A stretch of 24,000 nucleotides of DNA from Enterococcus montenegrensis (GCF_029983095.1 NZ_CP120467.1:2778933-2802932); one strand, 5' to 3'; shown: positions 1-9,501, numbered from the stretch's first letter. Numbers and translations are program-made. The notes: a model not told the origin generated them from the letters alone.

Positions 1-2212
1 CATAGCAAGATAAATACGTTCCCGCTAAGAAATTATCTTCGATATATTGAACTTCTTTTTTCAAGTGGTCAAATAACGTGTAGCTTTCAGCCGTTTTATG
101 GAAATCACTTCGTTTTGTATAAGGCAATTTTTCTTGCAAAATACTGTAATCAGCTGTTTTAGCTAAATAATCTGCAATAATTTTCATTGGCCAAACGATT
201 ACATCCCCATGGCTTTCATCAGCTTTTTGCGTTTCATAACGATCAAACATGAACCATTGCGGCCAGTTGCCGTCATCGTCAAACTGGTTGGCATACACCT
301 TTTTAATAATATCTTTTACAACTTCTGGTCGGTTAATTGCAAAGAAAAATTCAGTTGGACCTTGGGAAACATCCCGCGTCCCCCAGGCAGCCCCGCCATA
401 TTGTTCTAACCCATGTGGGGATAAGTAGTGAACGAGCATATTGTGAACATACCAGCGGCTCAAATAATTCATACTGCTAACGTCTGCCGTTTCATGCTCC
501 AATTTGAAATTGTGTAATAAGCTGTCAACAAAAGTTACATAGGCTGCATCTTCTGCAATCAAATCCGTTTTGGTTTCAACAAAATCTGCCCCTGTTAATG
601 TGCCTTGGATAATACTTTCAAAACCTGAAACATCTTCTAAAACTACAACTTGCAAGTCAGAAGATTCTACTCCAAAGAGACTTTCATCTGTCACGCTAAA
701 TGCTGTATCCATGGTCATATAATAGGTCAAATCAGGGTATTCACTGTTTACAGGTGAGCTTGCTGCCGGTTTAATCGTCATTTGATTGCCCGTTTGTGTC
801 ATTTGATACGTTGGTGTTTCTTGTGCTCCCATCAAAAGATGACTCGTTAAAGCAAAGGTATAATTTTTGCCAATGGCACTGTGGCAATTCAGACGAATTT
901 CGCGGCCATTTGCAATCGTATAGGTCGTAATTGTCAGTAAATCATCGTCTAATTGGTAATACCAAGTTGCCGAATTTAAGCCCATTTCAAAAGCAGAAGG
1001 CATGGTTAGAACACGCCAGTTCTCGCCTTCTTTTACATACAGGCGTTGGCCAGAATGTTTTAAAACATTTAAGCTGTTACGGCTGTTACTCATTAATTTA
1101 TTCATGGAAGTGTTGCCTAAAACTACTTGGGAGTTGAAAATTCCGTACATATAAGCTGTCGTTGCTAGAAGCGGTTTATCGACAGTTAAGTCCGTCCCAC
1201 TTAGTAAAATGTGGCCGGTTGCCCGTTCCATCTGTTCTTCTTTTTCTTGTAAAACCACGTGATGATAATTTGGTGTAAAGAAAGACAACACGCTGCCATC
1301 AACTACTTCGACTTGGTTTTTTTCTGGGAATAAGGCATCAATTTCAGCGGCAGTTAATTTTTTCCCCGTTAAAGGCGCACCGATTTTTTTCTGACGCGTG
1401 TTTCCTTGTTCATTTTGTAAAACTACTGGTTTCTGGTAGGCTGCAGCAACTTGCTCTTTGGTAAAAAGTGCTTCTGTTATTTCTTTAGGATGATTACTTT
1501 TAAAGCCGCCGTAAAAAACTACTTCTGCTTCACCTTGTAAAGTCATTTTTTCAGATTGTAATACGGGATAAGCAAACTCGTATTGATAAACTTCATTTTC
1601 AAATTGATCAATCGCTAAAGCTTGCGGTGTCGCTGTAGTTTTATAGTTTGTTCCAAAGAATTGATAGCCATCGGTTAAAAAGCCGCGGTTTTTCGTTAAG
1701 CTACCATGTTCCACTACTGGAAATTCTCCACCTTGTGGTTGGTTTTGACGTGAAGTGATAATATAGCCGTTTTCTTGTTGTGTTACTTTGTGGTCAACAT
1801 ATTGGGACATGTATGCTTCGTTTGATTGCACAGCACCTTTGGCGGCGTTGCCTAAATCCTGCCCAAAGATGACATCCACAACTTGTCCTTCACCTTTTAA
1901 TGTGACCGTCCAAAACCAGATATTTTTTTTGCTTAAGGTAAAGTCCACTTGGTACCTAATTTCTTCAACGCTACCTTGCCACGTTACGCCATTTTCATTT
2001 TGCGAAAAAGTACTGTTAGTATTTGAACCAATTAAAGGTATCGCTGTGATTTTTTCATCAAAAATACGTAAATAAATTTGATTGACGCTACCATCTAAGG
2101 CGTTACCATCTAATTGATTAATCATAATTTCATTGCTGCACAACTCGTATAAATCCCCTGTGGGTAAAAATGCCGCTTGGACATCTCCGGCGTTCAAAAT
2201 GATTTGCTTCAT
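1..2212 (-). CDS. GH94-family glycoside phosphorylase, N-terminal ~737 codons; the 3' end lies beyond window position 1. Large type, 1,2-beta-oligoglucan (sophorose-series) phosphorylase-like.
   Basis: My manual minus-strand translation from ATG 2212-2210 (RBS GGGAG at 2219-2225) to position 1 has no stop. The ORF track omits it because its stop is outside the window. It starts MKQIILNAGDVQAAFLPTGDLYELC. It contains the GH94-type stretch HGLEQYGGAAWGTRDVSQGP and ends at GTYLSCYG, just before the expected DGDWND catalytic region. That motif lies beyond residue 730, which implies a ~1000+ aa enzyme rather than an ~800 aa cellobiose phosphorylase. Confidence 0.7.
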   Translation of the reverse strand, partial: MKQIILNAGDVQAAFLPTGDLYELCSNEIMINQLDGNALDGSVNQIYLRIFDEKITAIPLIGSNTNSTFSQNENGVTWQGSVEEIRYQVDFTLSKKNIWFWTVTLKGEGQVVDVIFGQDLGNAAKGAVQSNEAYMSQYVDHKVTQQENGYIITSRQNQPQGGEFPVVEHGSLTKNRGFLTDGYQFFGTNYKTTATPQALAIDQFENEVYQYEFAYPVLQSEKMTLQGEAEVVFYGGFKSNHPKEITEALFTKEQVAAAYQKPVVLQNEQGNTRQKKIGAPLTGKKLTAAEIDALFPEKNQVEVVDGSVLSFFTPNYHHVVLQEKEEQMERATGHILLSGTDLTVDKPLLATTAYMYGIFNSQVVLGNTSMNKLMSNSRNSLNVLKHSGQRLYVKEGENWRVLTMPSAFEMGLNSATWYYQLDDDLLTITTYTIANGREIRLNCHSAIGKNYTFALTSHLLMGAQETPTYQMTQTGNQMTIKPAASSPVNSEYPDLTYYMTMDTAFSVTDESLFGVESSDLQVVVLEDVSGFESIIQGTLTGADFVETKTDLIAEDAAYVTFVDSLLHNFKLEHETADVSSMNYLSRWYVHNMLVHYLSPHGLEQYGGAAWGTRDVSQGPTEFFFAINRPEVVKDIIKKVYANQFDDDGNWPQWFMFDRYETQKADESHGDVIVWPMKIIADYLAKTADYSILQEKLPYTKRSDFHKTAESYTLFDHLKKEVQYIEDNFLAGTYLSCY

Positions 2213-2224
2213 TGTTTTGGCTCC

Positions 2225-4375
2225 CTACTTCACTAAATTAAATGTTACCGCAGTTAAATCACGGCTGTTTGGTCCCACCATTGCCAAAAAGGCACCTGCA
2301 TCACTAATCCTTCTTTGATCTTGATGGACATAGCGCAACATCTCTTCTGTAATGGCAAAAGAAACTTTGCGGCTTTCTTTACCGGCTAAAACAACTTGCT
2401 GGAAGGCCTTTAATTCTTTTATCGGACGTACAACTTGTCCCACTAAATCTTGAATGTACAACTGCACTGTTTCTTTGCCTGTTTGCTCACTTTCATTTGT
2501 AATTGTCACTGTGAGCAGAATTTGGTTTTCTGGCGTTAATTCTGTCTGGTCAATCACGACGTCTTGATAAGAAAATTGGCTATAACTTAAGCCAAAGCCA
2601 AAAGGATATTTCGCATAATTGGAGACATCTAAATATTTTGAAACATATTTTTCATTCGGTGCACTCTCATATGGGCGGCCCGTGCTATCACAATTGTAAA
2701 AAATCGGTACTTGGCCAACGCTTTCAGGAAATGACATGGACAAGCGCGCCGTTGGATTAAAAGCCCCCCATAAAATATCGGCTAAGGCATTCCCAGCTTC
2801 TGTACCTGCAAACCATGCTTCCACAATGGCTTTGGCTTCATCGATGCCATTTAAATCCAAAGGACGACCATTGTATAAGGTCACAATAATATTGGGATTG
2901 ACTGCTTTAACAGCTTCAAACAAGGCAATTTGCGCTTTTGGCAAAGTAATATCGCTACGACTTGCCGCTTCGCCGCTCATCCATTCTGCTTCGCCTAAAG
3001 CCAACACAACTTTATCGGCTTTTTGCGCCAATGAAACGGCTTCTGCCACAGCTTTTTGACTTGGGGTAAAGTAATCAAACTCTTCTTTGCCGACTAATAA
3101 ATGTGAGCTATACGCTTGGGCCCCTTCTAAAAGTGAAACGGCTTCTTTCATTTTTCCTTGCCAAGACCATGCCCCTAAAACATCGTGACTTGCAGCCGCG
3201 GGGCCAATAATTGCGACTGTTTCTTCTGAATTTAAAGGTAGAATATCTGCTTTATTTTTTAATAAGACGATTGATTTTTGCGCGATTTCACGAGCTGCTT
3301 GGCGATGCTCGGGTGATAAAATCACCTTTTCATCTTCAACACTGGCACCACGATAGGGATTTTCAAATAACCCCAAATCGTTTTTCAATTCTAAAATGCG
3401 TAAAACAGCTTCATCTAATAACGCTTCATCCACACTGCCTTCTTCAATTAATTCCGCTAAATAATGGGTGTAACAGGTCGTCATCATTTCAATATCAACG
3501 CCAGCTTCAATGGCTAATTGCGCCGCTTGTTTTTCATCAGCGGCAACGCCGTGAAAAATCAATTCCTTTACTGCGCCCCAGTCTGAAATCACGACGCCGT
3601 CAAAATCGTATTCTTGACGTAAAACATCACGGAATAACCACTTGTTCCCCGTGGCAGGAATGCCGTCAACGGTATTAAAAGAGGTCATAACTAATTTAGC
3701 ACCGGCATCTAAGGCAGCTTTATAACCTGGTAAATAACTTTCCCGCAACTGTCTTTCTGACATATTGACAGTATTGTAATCCCGACCAGCTAAAGCTGCC
3801 CCATAAGCTGCAAAGTGTTTTACACAAGCGGCAACGCGCGTGAAATCATTTTTTAAGTCATCCCCTTGATAACCTTTAACAAAGCTTTCAGCAAAGCGGG
3901 CATTTAAATATGGATCTTCTCCTGTAGATTCCATCACCCGGCCCCAACGTGGATCTCTTACCAAATCGACCATTGGTGAAAAGGTAACGTGTAAGCCAGA
4001 AACTGCTGCTTCTTTGGCAGAAATTTGCGCCATTTCTTCTGCGGCTGCTAGATCCCAACTGCTGCCAAGAGCCAATGGAATCGGAAAAATTGTGCGAAAG
4101 CCATGAATAATATCGGCCATTAATAGTGTAGGAATACCCAAGCGATTTTTTTCCATATACTCTTTTTGAATTCGCTTGGCTTCACTGGCTCCGGCTAAAC
4201 CTAAAATAGTACCGGCATTTTGAATATTTTCATCTTTTAAGCCCATTTCTGTCATGGGACCAGTTTTTTCTTCTGCGGCCTGTGAATAAAAATCGGCAGC
4301 CAATTGTAAAAGCTGATCGACTTTTTCAGCCAATGTCATTTCTTGTACCAATGCAGTTAATTTTGCCTGTTCCAT
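2225..4375 (-). CDS. GH3 beta-glucosidase (BglX-like)
   Basis: 725-aa track ORF. GH3 motifs are KHFAAYGA and the nucleophile region GVVISDWGAV. I prefer the start at the second Met (MEQAKLTAL, 4375) because AAGGAGG lies 6 nt upstream. The ATG at 4402 has no RBS and sits 5 nt from the upstream stop. Confidence 0.85.
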   Translation of the reverse strand: MEQAKLTALVQEMTLAEKVDQLLQLAADFYSQAAEEKTGPMTEMGLKDENIQNAGTILGLAGASEAKRIQKEYMEKNRLGIPTLLMADIIHGFRTIFPIPLALGSSWDLAAAEEMAQISAKEAAVSGLHVTFSPMVDLVRDPRWGRVMESTGEDPYLNARFAESFVKGYQGDDLKNDFTRVAACVKHFAAYGAALAGRDYNTVNMSERQLRESYLPGYKAALDAGAKLVMTSFNTVDGIPATGNKWLFRDVLRQEYDFDGVVISDWGAVKELIFHGVAADEKQAAQLAIEAGVDIEMMTTCYTHYLAELIEEGSVDEALLDEAVLRILELKNDLGLFENPYRGASVEDEKVILSPEHRQAAREIAQKSIVLLKNKADILPLNSEETVAIIGPAAASHDVLGAWSWQGKMKEAVSLLEGAQAYSSHLLVGKEEFDYFTPSQKAVAEAVSLAQKADKVVLALGEAEWMSGEAASRSDITLPKAQIALFEAVKAVNPNIIVTLYNGRPLDLNGIDEAKAIVEAWFAGTEAGNALADILWGAFNPTARLSMSFPESVGQVPIFYNCDSTGRPYESAPNEKYVSKYLDVSNYAKYPFGFGLSYSQFSYQDVVIDQTELTPENQILLTVTITNESEQTGKETVQLYIQDLVGQVVRPIKELKAFQQVVLAGKESRKVSFAITEEMLRYVHQDQRRISDAGAFLAMVGPNSRDLTAVTFNLVK

Positions 4376-4407
4376 TGCTGCATCCTCCTTTAGCTGGTGC
4401 ATTTTTT

Positions 4408-5238
4408 TTATTTATTTCCTGAAACGTTATAGCCTTCCAAGATATATTTTTGTAAGAACATGAAGATGATTAAAATTGGCACGACCATAAAGGTTGAACC
4501 TGCCATCTGTAGGGAGTAATTATTCGCATATTGTCCTTTTAACAACTGCAAGCCAACAGATAAGGTGTAATATTTTTCGTCGTTTGCCATAATCAACGGC
4601 CATAAGAATGAATTCCAACCACCGATAAATGTCGCAATCCCTTGTACGGCCAACACCGGTTTGGAAATAGGTAAAACGATGCGGGTGAAGATATACCATT
4701 CACTTGCGCCATCCAAGCGAGCAGCTTCTAAAAGTTCATTGGAAATAGCGGAAGCAAATTGGCGGAATAAAAAGATCCCATATGCCCCCACTAAGCCGGG
4801 CAAAATAATCCCTGCCATAGTATTGGTTAATTTTAAAGAGTTCATAATCAAGTAAACAGGAATCATCGTTACCTGACCGGGAATCATCATTGTTGCTAAG
4901 ACCAAGTAAAACAAAGGTTCACGGCCTTTAAAGTTGTATTTGGCAAAGCCAAAACCTGCCATAGCGTTAAAGAACATGCCTAAAAAGGAGAAGGCTACAA
5001 CGATTAACGTATTTTTCAAATACACGATAAAATTGAAGGCACCGAATAACTCTTTGAAGTTATCCATAGAAAAATGTTCCGGTAAAATTTTCGGAGGAAA
5101 TTGCATAATCTCCGCATCTGTTTTAAAAGAAGAAAGGATCATCCATACAAAAGGAATCATCCAAATAATCGCACCAATGGCTAAGGCAATCCCGATTGCA
5201 ATTTTGGCACGACGGTTACTTTGCATTTCTTTTGTCAT
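4408..5238 (-). CDS. Carbohydrate ABC transporter permease (MalG/BPD_transp_1 type)
   Basis: 276-aa polytopic membrane ORF with the EAA-loop-like stretch LEAARLDGASEWYIFTRIVLP, in an operon with an SBP and a second permease. Confidence 0.85.
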   Translation of the reverse strand: MTKEMQSNRRAKIAIGIALAIGAIIWMIPFVWMILSSFKTDAEIMQFPPKILPEHFSMDNFKELFGAFNFIVYLKNTLIVVAFSFLGMFFNAMAGFGFAKYNFKGREPLFYLVLATMMIPGQVTMIPVYLIMNSLKLTNTMAGIILPGLVGAYGIFLFRQFASAISNELLEAARLDGASEWYIFTRIVLPISKPVLAVQGIATFIGGWNSFLWPLIMANDEKYYTLSVGLQLLKGQYANNYSLQMAGSTFMVVPILIIFMFLQKYILEGYNVSGNK

Positions 5239-5253
5239 CTTTGATTACCTCAC

Positions 5254-6147
5254 TTATAATTGATTTTCTGCATTTTTGCGTTGCATTCTAAATTGTAGCA
5301 ATGTCACGATAATGATAGCTGCAAATAAAATGAACGATCCCGCTGCAGCATAGCCAAATTTACTTAATTGGAAACCATTGCGGTAGATAAACAACGCAAC
5401 AGAAGTCGTAGAATCTAGCGGTCCACCATTGGTTAAAACAAATGGTTCTTCGAAGAATTGCAACCAGCCGATTAAAGTTGTGACGGTAACAAAGAACGTT
5501 GAAAAGCGTAACGACGGAATGGTAATGTACCAAGTTTGCTGCCGTTTTGAAGCACCATCTAGTGAAGCGGCTTCATATAATTCTTTTGGAATACCTTGAA
5601 TGGCAGCCAAGAAAATCAACATATTGGCCCCGACTGCGCGCCATACCCCTAAAATAATTAAGGAAATTTTTGCCATGACCGGATTGGTTAACCATGGCAC
5701 CGCATCAATGTGTAAAAGTGACAACAAATAATTTAAAAAGCCGAAACTTGGATTATATAAATAGGCAAAAACTACTGCCACGGCAACCACGTTTGTAATC
5801 GCCGGTGTGTAAAAAATCATCCGAAAAGCAGAAAAAATTCGATTTTTACCAAAATTAATCATTAACGCCAAACCCATTGATAAGGCAATAACAACCGGCA
5901 CCCCGAATACCACATAAAAGAGCGTATTTTTAATACTCTTTAGAAAAACAGGGTCCAAAACAATATCTTGATAGTTTTTAAACGCAACAAATTTAATTTG
6001 TGACCAGTCGGCGAGCCCAACAAGACTCATATCAGTAAAACTAATAAAAAATGCAACAAAGATAGGAATAATTGAAAATAGCAAAAGTAAAATCAAGGCT
6101 GGAGCAATGAAAAGATATGGTGCTTTGGTGGTTTTGGCTTTTCGCAA
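5254..6147 (-). CDS. Carbohydrate ABC transporter permease (MalF type)
   Basis: Membrane ORF with EAA loop YEAASLDGASKRQQTWYITIP. The track start (TTG 6201) abuts a strong hairpin and has no RBS. A TTG at 6147 is preceded by GAAGGGGG at 8 nt and gives the typical N-terminus (M)RKAKTTKAPYLFIAPAL. The start is uncertain. Confidence 0.8.
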   Translation of the reverse strand: MRKAKTTKAPYLFIAPALILLLLFSIIPIFVAFFISFTDMSLVGLADWSQIKFVAFKNYQDIVLDPVFLKSIKNTLFYVVFGVPVVIALSMGLALMINFGKNRIFSAFRMIFYTPAITNVVAVAVVFAYLYNPSFGFLNYLLSLLHIDAVPWLTNPVMAKISLIILGVWRAVGANMLIFLAAIQGIPKELYEAASLDGASKRQQTWYITIPSLRFSTFFVTVTTLIGWLQFFEEPFVLTNGGPLDSTTSVALFIYRNGFQLSKFGYAAAGSFILFAAIIIVTLLQFRMQRKNAENQL

Positions 6148-6201
6148 TGGAAGCGCCCCCTTCAAAATAATTTCGTGAATTGTAGGAATTGACAAAAGCA
6201 A

Positions 6202-6241
6202 GGAGTGGTTAAAAGTCCAAACAGGACTTTTGGACCACTCC
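6202..6241 (-). terminator. Intra-operon stem-loop after the SBP gene (partial terminator or mRNA-stabilising hairpin)
   Basis: GGAGTGGTTAAAAGTCC-AAACA-GGACTTTTGGACCACTCC, about 16 bp with a small internal mismatch. On the minus strand it is followed by TTGCTTTTGTC. It lies 57 nt downstream of the SBP stop. Confidence 0.5.
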
Positions 6242-6298
6242 TAAAAAATTTGTGGTGACAATCTAACACTTCTTAGCTGTTAAATTTTTATACCACGA

Positions 6299-7549
6299 TT
6301 ATTTGTTTAAAGTAGTTTCTGACTCTTGGTTGAAAGCGTCCATTTCTTTTTGAACGTTGGCGCCGCCAAGATAGATTTGTTCAAAGTGTTTCAAGTAGTT
6401 TTGTGCGATTTCTTCAAATTCAGGGATTAAAGGCATTGGTTCAGAGTTTTGTAATTGTTCGTTAAAGACGCTGTAAACGGGATCAGATTTCAAAGAATCA
6501 TCTTCCCAAGCTTTTAAAGCAGTTGGAAGTGCGTCAGTTAATTTCATCCACTCTAATTGGTTTTCAGGACGGGCCATAAATTCGATGAATTTCGCTGCAT
6601 CATCTTTTTTCTTAGAGTATTCAAAAATAGTTAAGTTTGAGCCACCCATTGAAGAAATGTTGTTTTCTTTTTTCGGCAATGTTGCAATCGCCCATTTGCC
6701 ATCTACATCTTTTACTGTATCTTTTACAGTTTTTGCCATCCAAGGACCACTGATAAACATTGGTACCATTGCATCGTCACCAGAGAAAGTTTGCGATACA
6801 TCCAAACCTAAATCTTCTTTTGGTGAGTAACCTTTTTGGATAAAGTCATTCAAGTAAGAAACAGCGTCAACAAAAGGTTTTTTATTGAAGACAGGTTTGC
6901 CATCTTCTAATAATGGTGAACCATTTTGACGAGCAAACATAAAGCCTAGTGTTTGTTCTTTGCTGTCGATGTTGATACCGTATTTGTCATCGCCACGAGC
7001 AGCTAATTTTTTAGCAGCATCTTCTAATTCTTCCCAAGTTTTTGGCGCTTCTTTATAGCCAACTTTTTCTAAAACATCAGTACGGTAAAATAGTACGCGT
7101 GTTTCAGCTGCCCACGGAATACCGTAATATTTGTCGTCAAATTTTGTCGTTTCAACAGAACCATGATAGAAGTTTTCAGCTTTTAAATTGTCGTATTTTT
7201 CAATGTACTTGCTCATGTCTGCTAAAGCACCAGCTTTTTGGAATTCAGGCATCCAAGTTGTCCCCATTTGCAATACGTCTGGGCCACTCTTAGAAGCAAC
7301 AGCTGTTAATAATTTATCGTGGGCATTTGACCAAGGAATAGACTGTATTTTAACTTCGATCCCAGTTTCATCTGTGAATTTATCCGTCATTTTGGATAAT
7401 TGTTTCACTTCTTCTCCCATACCCCAAATATTTAAGACCTTGTCATCTTTAGCAGAATCTCCGCCAGAACCTGATCCGCAACCTGCTAAAACACCCAGTG
7501 TCATCGCTGCTGTTACACCCAATAAACAAAGCTTTTTCGAAATCTTCAT
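6299..7549 (-). CDS. ABC transporter sugar-binding lipoprotein (family 1 extracellular solute-binding protein)
   Basis: Signal peptide plus lipobox (MKISKKLCLLGVTAAMTLGVLAGC). GGAGGA lies 7 nt upstream of the ATG at 7549, and the track start at 7570 lacks an RBS. It is the first gene of the operon. Confidence 0.85.
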   Translation of the reverse strand: MKISKKLCLLGVTAAMTLGVLAGCGSGSGGDSAKDDKVLNIWGMGEEVKQLSKMTDKFTDETGIEVKIQSIPWSNAHDKLLTAVASKSGPDVLQMGTTWMPEFQKAGALADMSKYIEKYDNLKAENFYHGSVETTKFDDKYYGIPWAAETRVLFYRTDVLEKVGYKEAPKTWEELEDAAKKLAARGDDKYGINIDSKEQTLGFMFARQNGSPLLEDGKPVFNKKPFVDAVSYLNDFIQKGYSPKEDLGLDVSQTFSGDDAMVPMFISGPWMAKTVKDTVKDVDGKWAIATLPKKENNISSMGGSNLTIFEYSKKKDDAAKFIEFMARPENQLEWMKLTDALPTALKAWEDDSLKSDPVYSVFNEQLQNSEPMPLIPEFEEIAQNYLKHFEQIYLGGANVQKEMDAFNQESETTLNK

Positions 7550-7575
7550 CTTTCTTCCTCCGTATTTCATTTTTG

Positions 7576-7590
7576 GTGAAACGTTTCTAC
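7576..7590 (+). promoter_or_regulatory. Candidate operator GTGAAACGTTTCTAC, downstream of the SBP promoter
   Basis: It shares the 11-nt core GTGAAACGTTT with the inverted copy at 7782-7795. It lies between the predicted -10 and the RBS. Confidence 0.45.
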
Positions 7591-7596
7591 GAACAG

Positions 7597-7625
7597 AGTA
7601 TATAATGCCGCGATTTAATTTGCAA
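7597..7625 (-). promoter_or_regulatory. Sigma-A promoter of the SBP-permease-GH3-GH94 operon
   Basis: On the minus strand: TTGCAA (7625-7620), 17-nt spacer, TATACT (7602-7597). It lies about 50 nt upstream of the SBP RBS. Confidence 0.55.
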
Positions 7626-7634
7626 CCGTTTTCT
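7620..7634. promoter_or_regulatory. cre (CcpA/HPr-Ser-P) catabolite-responsive element overlapping the -35
   Basis: TTGCAACCGTTTTCT fits every defined position of WTGNAANCGNWNNCW. Confidence 0.55.
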
Positions 7635-7781
7635 ACGATTTTTTATAAAAAAACTTTTCACAATGAGTAAAATCAGTGTTAAATAAGCATTTATCAAAAA
7701 TTAAATGACAATATTTTAATAAAACAACCATTTGAAAACAATTTCATGGTAAAATCTAGCTGCAAATATTTTACCAAATAA

Positions 7782-7795
7782 GAAAAACGTTTCAC
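7782..7795 (-). promoter_or_regulatory. Candidate operator (GTGAAACGTTTTTC on the minus strand) upstream of the GH13 gene
   Basis: Inverted copy of the 7576-7590 motif, located between an extended -10 (TGGTAAAAT, 7747-7755) and the GH13 RBS. Confidence 0.45.
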
Positions 7796-7827
7796 TAAAA
7801 GTTTGTTTTTTTGAAAGGAGTTTTATC

Positions 7828-9447
7828 ATGGCATCAAAATGGTGGCAACAAAGCGTTTTTTATCAAATTTATCCCCGGAGTTTCCAAGATAGCAACAATG
7901 ACGGCATTGGCGATATTAAAGGAATTACCGCGCGTTTATCTTACTTAGAAAAATTGGGGATCGACGCCATTTGGCTCTCGCCAGTTTTTGCATCTCCTAA
8001 TGTCGATAATGGCTATGATGTGAGTGATTATTGCGCTATTATGCCAGAATTTGGCACGATGGCAGATATGGAAGAATTAATTGCCACAGCAAAAAAAGCA
8101 GGCATAAAAATTATCATGGACTTAGTAGTCAATCATACCTCCAGTGAACATCCTTGGTTTAAAAAAGCCTTAGCAGGCGATCCACATTATAAGGATTATT
8201 ACATTTTTCGTTCTGATAAAAATGGGTTGCCAAATGACTTAAATTCATTTTTTGGCGGCTGTGCGTGGGAACACTTACCCGCAACAAACGAATATTATTT
8301 CCATCTATTTGCCAAAGAACAACCCGATTTGAATTGGGAAAATCCTGCTGTGCGCAAAGAAGTATGGCAAATTATGAATTTCTGGCTGCAAAAAGGCGTC
8401 GGTGGTTTTCGCTTAGATGTGATCGAATTAATTGGTAAAATTCCCGATCAAAAAATTATTGGGGACGGCCCCGCCTTACATCCATATTTACAAGAAATGT
8501 ATCGCGAAGTTTTAGCAGGACACGACGTTGTAACCATCGGCGAGACTGGTAGTGTCACGCCACTAACTGCTCCTTTGTATACAGATCCTAAGAGAAAAGA
8601 GCTGTCGATGGTCTTTCAATTTCAACATATGGCCTTAGATGAAGTTGCCAAAACTTCAAAATGGAATTTGAAGTCCTTAAATGTCTCCGTGTTAAAAACG
8701 GTGCTATCCCGCTGGCAAACAGACTTACCAAAAGAAGCTTGGAATAGTTTATTTTGGAGTAATCACGACCAACCACGGATTTTATCTCGTTGGGGCAATG
8801 TAGCTGATTACCCCACGAAAAGCAGTAAGATGTTGGCCATTTTACTCCATTTGATGCGGGGGACTCCTTTTATTTATCAAGGTGAAGAATTGGGCATGAC
8901 CAACCAATACGTCGATAAAATTAGCCAATTAGATGATATTGAAAGTATTCATTACTATGAAGAAGAAAAAACTAAAGGCAGCAGTGAGGCAACAATTTGG
9001 CAAGCCATTAATACTAAAGGACGTGACAACGCCCGTACGCCAATGCAGTGGTCTAATGTGCCTAATGCTGGCTTTACAGGAGAAAACGTAACTCCGTGGT
9101 ACAATTTAAATCCCAATTACACAACTATTAATGCGCAAACCCGGCTGGATGATCCTGAATCCATTTTTTACACCTACCAAAAATTAATTCAGTTGCGAAA
9201 AAATTATCCGCTAATTGTCTGGGGAGATTATGACTTACTGGATACCGCTGAAAATATTTTTGCCTATACTCGCAGCTACGAAGGGGAAACTTGGCTTATT
9301 TGTGCGAATTTTTCTGACAGCAAACAAGCACTCTCATTGCCTTATGCCGCCACAGAAACGATTATCACAAACTATCCCCATACGTATCACCATTTAAATC
9401 AGTTGAACTTACTGCCTTACGAAACATTTGTCGTAAAACTAGCATAA
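7828..9447 (+). CDS. GH13 alpha-glucosidase (oligo-1,6-glucosidase / glucan 1,6-alpha-glucosidase type)
   Basis: 539 aa. The N-terminus WWQQSVFYQIYPRSFQDSNNDGIGDIKGI and the conserved regions DLVVNHTS, GGFRLDVIE and SNHDQPR are GH13 hallmarks. RBS is GAAAGGAG. Confidence 0.9.
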   Translation: MASKWWQQSVFYQIYPRSFQDSNNDGIGDIKGITARLSYLEKLGIDAIWLSPVFASPNVDNGYDVSDYCAIMPEFGTMADMEELIATAKKAGIKIIMDLVVNHTSSEHPWFKKALAGDPHYKDYYIFRSDKNGLPNDLNSFFGGCAWEHLPATNEYYFHLFAKEQPDLNWENPAVRKEVWQIMNFWLQKGVGGFRLDVIELIGKIPDQKIIGDGPALHPYLQEMYREVLAGHDVVTIGETGSVTPLTAPLYTDPKRKELSMVFQFQHMALDEVAKTSKWNLKSLNVSVLKTVLSRWQTDLPKEAWNSLFWSNHDQPRILSRWGNVADYPTKSSKMLAILLHLMRGTPFIYQGEELGMTNQYVDKISQLDDIESIHYYEEEKTKGSSEATIWQAINTKGRDNARTPMQWSNVPNAGFTGENVTPWYNLNPNYTTINAQTRLDDPESIFYTYQKLIQLRKNYPLIVWGDYDLLDTAENIFAYTRSYEGETWLICANFSDSKQALSLPYAATETIITNYPHTYHHLNQLNLLPYETFVVKLA

Positions 9448-9452
9448 AAAAA

Positions 9453-9501
9453 GCAAGTGCAGGCAAAGTCTCGTGACTTTACCTGCGCTTGCAGTTTTTT
9501 T
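9453..9501 (+). terminator. Rho-independent terminator of the GH13 gene
   Basis: 18-bp stem GCAAGTGCAGGCAAAGTC / GACTTTACCTGCGCTTGC, loop TCGT, then AGTTTTTTT. Confidence 0.85.

Noticed and set aside
209-2318. Small plus-strand ORFs (209-409, 931-1137, 1788-2075, 2133-2318)
   Set aside because: They are antisense shadows of the uninterrupted GH94 reading frame, with no RBS and odd composition.
2736-7670. Plus-strand ORFs inside the GH3, permease and SBP genes (for example 2736-3059, 3211-3678, 4934-5263, 7188-7670)
   Set aside because: They are antisense to well-supported genes. They are low-complexity products with no translation signals.
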